In this document: in pieces, positions 4,985 to 5,379 of the stretch | Position numbering within the stretch: position 1 is the first letter of the stretch | Layout: every line of letters starts with the position of its first letter | Virus record (IMG/VR): IMGVR_UViG_2537562119_000008 | DNA: 5,379 bases | Direction: 5' to 3' (one strand) | Origin: a virus | Taxonomy: Duplodnaviria > Heunggongvirae > Uroviricota > Caudoviricetes | Position numbers and translations under genes: made by a program | Notes under the pieces: generated by a model | The model's input: only the letters and a program-made list of their open reading frames with translations | The model's database searches: none | What the model was told of the DNA's origin: nothing

Positions 4985-4998
4985 TCAGTGGTTGTCAT
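4915..4998 (-). CDS. Possible small hydrophobic peptide (27 aa), translationally coupled between orf63 and the downstream ORF
   Basis: ATG at 4998-4996 overlaps the orf63 stop (ATGA). Translation MTTTECIFLAAGFIFCVLMLADMGLVQ has a single hydrophobic, transmembrane-like core. Its TGA at 4917-4915 overlaps the ATG at 4918 (ATGA). Not in the ORF track (under 60 aa). It is mutually exclusive with the first 22 codons of the 93-aa reading. Confidence 0.25.
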   Translation of the reverse strand: MTTTECIFLAAGFIFCVLMLADMGLVQ

Positions 4999-5186
4999 AC
5001 CTGGTCTCTCTCATCTGCTTCTGCTTTCGCCACCATCATTTCCAGCTTTTGTGAAAGGGATGCGGCTAACGTATGAAATTCTTCGTCTGTTTCTACTGGT
5101 ATTGGCACAAACCTGACTCCAATTTGAGCGAGGCTATGTGCCATCTCGATACACGTTCTTAACTCAACAGGAGATGCTTTGTGCAT
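4995..5186 (-). CDS. orf63: Small early-left protein, lambda orf63-like (63 aa)
   Basis: 63-aa ORF with ATG start. Its size (192 bp), its 28-nt overlap with the upstream orf60a-like ORF and its distance from the exo stop all reproduce the lambda orf60a/orf63 arrangement as I remember it. The protein sequence itself was not verified against lambda. Confidence 0.6.
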   Translation of the reverse strand: MHKASPVELRTCIEMAHSLAQIGVRFVPIPVETDEEFHTLAASLSQKLEMMVAKAEADERDQV

Positions 5187-5341
5187 ACAGCCCCCCGTTT
5201 ATTATTTATCTCCTCAGCCAGCCGCTGTGCTTTCAGGGGATTTCTGATAACAGAAAGGCCGGGAAATACCCAGCCTCGCTTTGTAACGGAGTAGACGAAA
5301 GTGATCGCACCTACCCGGATATTATCGTGAGGATGCTTCAT
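5159..5341 (-). CDS. orf60a: Small early-left protein, lambda orf60a-like (60 aa from the ATG overlapping the exo stop)
   Basis: The ATG at 5341-5339 overlaps the exo TGA (5340-5338) as ATGA, giving a 183-bp ORF as in lambda orf60a. The ORF track starts 2 codons earlier, at the ATG at 5347. Translation MKHPHDNIRVGAITFVYSVTKRGWVFPGLSVIRNPLKAQRLAEEINNKRGAVCTKHLLLS. Confidence 0.6.
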   Translation of the reverse strand: MKHPHDNIRVGAITFVYSVTKRGWVFPGLSVIRNPLKAQRLAEEINNKRGAVCTKHLLLS

Positions 5342-5379
5342 CGCCATTGCTCCCCAAATACAAAACCAATTTCAGCCAG
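5338..5379 (-). CDS. exo: Exonuclease (lambda Exo / Red-alpha), 3' end only; gene truncated by the window edge
   Basis: The minus-strand frame entering from the right edge reads LAEIGFVFGEQWR then stop. This matches the C-terminus of lambda exonuclease (...DEALAEIGFVFGEQWR) as I remember it, and the stop overlaps the orf60a start as in lambda. Confidence 0.8.
   Translation of the reverse strand: MAEIGFVFGEQWR

Noticed and set aside
4931-5116. Plus-strand 61-aa ORF
   Set aside because: Its length matches lambda orf61 only by coincidence. It is on the wrong strand and antisense to orf63 and the 93-aa ORF.
1-5379. Search for CRISPR repeats, tRNA/rRNA genes and transposase/IS ends
   Set aside because: I found no regularly spaced direct repeats, no cloverleaf-like conserved tRNA motifs and no transposase-like ORF. 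The only mobile-element machinery is the phage Int/Xis/attP module.

Overview
This window is a lambda-type (lambdoid) phage integration / early-left region. Every credible gene is on the minus strand, so the whole window reads as one leftward operon. Left to right: the end of the b region with the sib/tI terminator hairpin (293-334); a complete attP (POP', 15-bp core GCTTTTTTATACTAA at 481-495); int (569-1639); xis (1617-1835), overlapping int and carrying the cII-dependent PI promoter; a 55-aa small ORF (1875-2042); a compositionally heterogeneous accessory block (about 2130-4135); a TraR/DksA-like zinc-finger gene (lambda Orf73-like, 4383-4604); a 93-aa ORF; orf63- and orf60a-like ORFs; and the last 13 codons of exo (5338-5379). 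The accessory block holds an AT-rich 143-aa ORF, a Cys-rich 112-aa ORF, a short remnant of an S24 (UmuD/LexA-like) peptidase gene, an AT-rich gene for a secreted 204-aa protein, and an Ea22-like frame interrupted by an in-frame TGA. Int, Xis, the attP core and P' arm, and the Exo C-terminus look essentially identical to phage lambda as I remember it. The middle block is not what I remember from lambda and is the part most worth a second look. No rRNA, tRNA, CRISPR array or transposase was seen. All homology statements are from reading the sequence and from memory; no database search was run.
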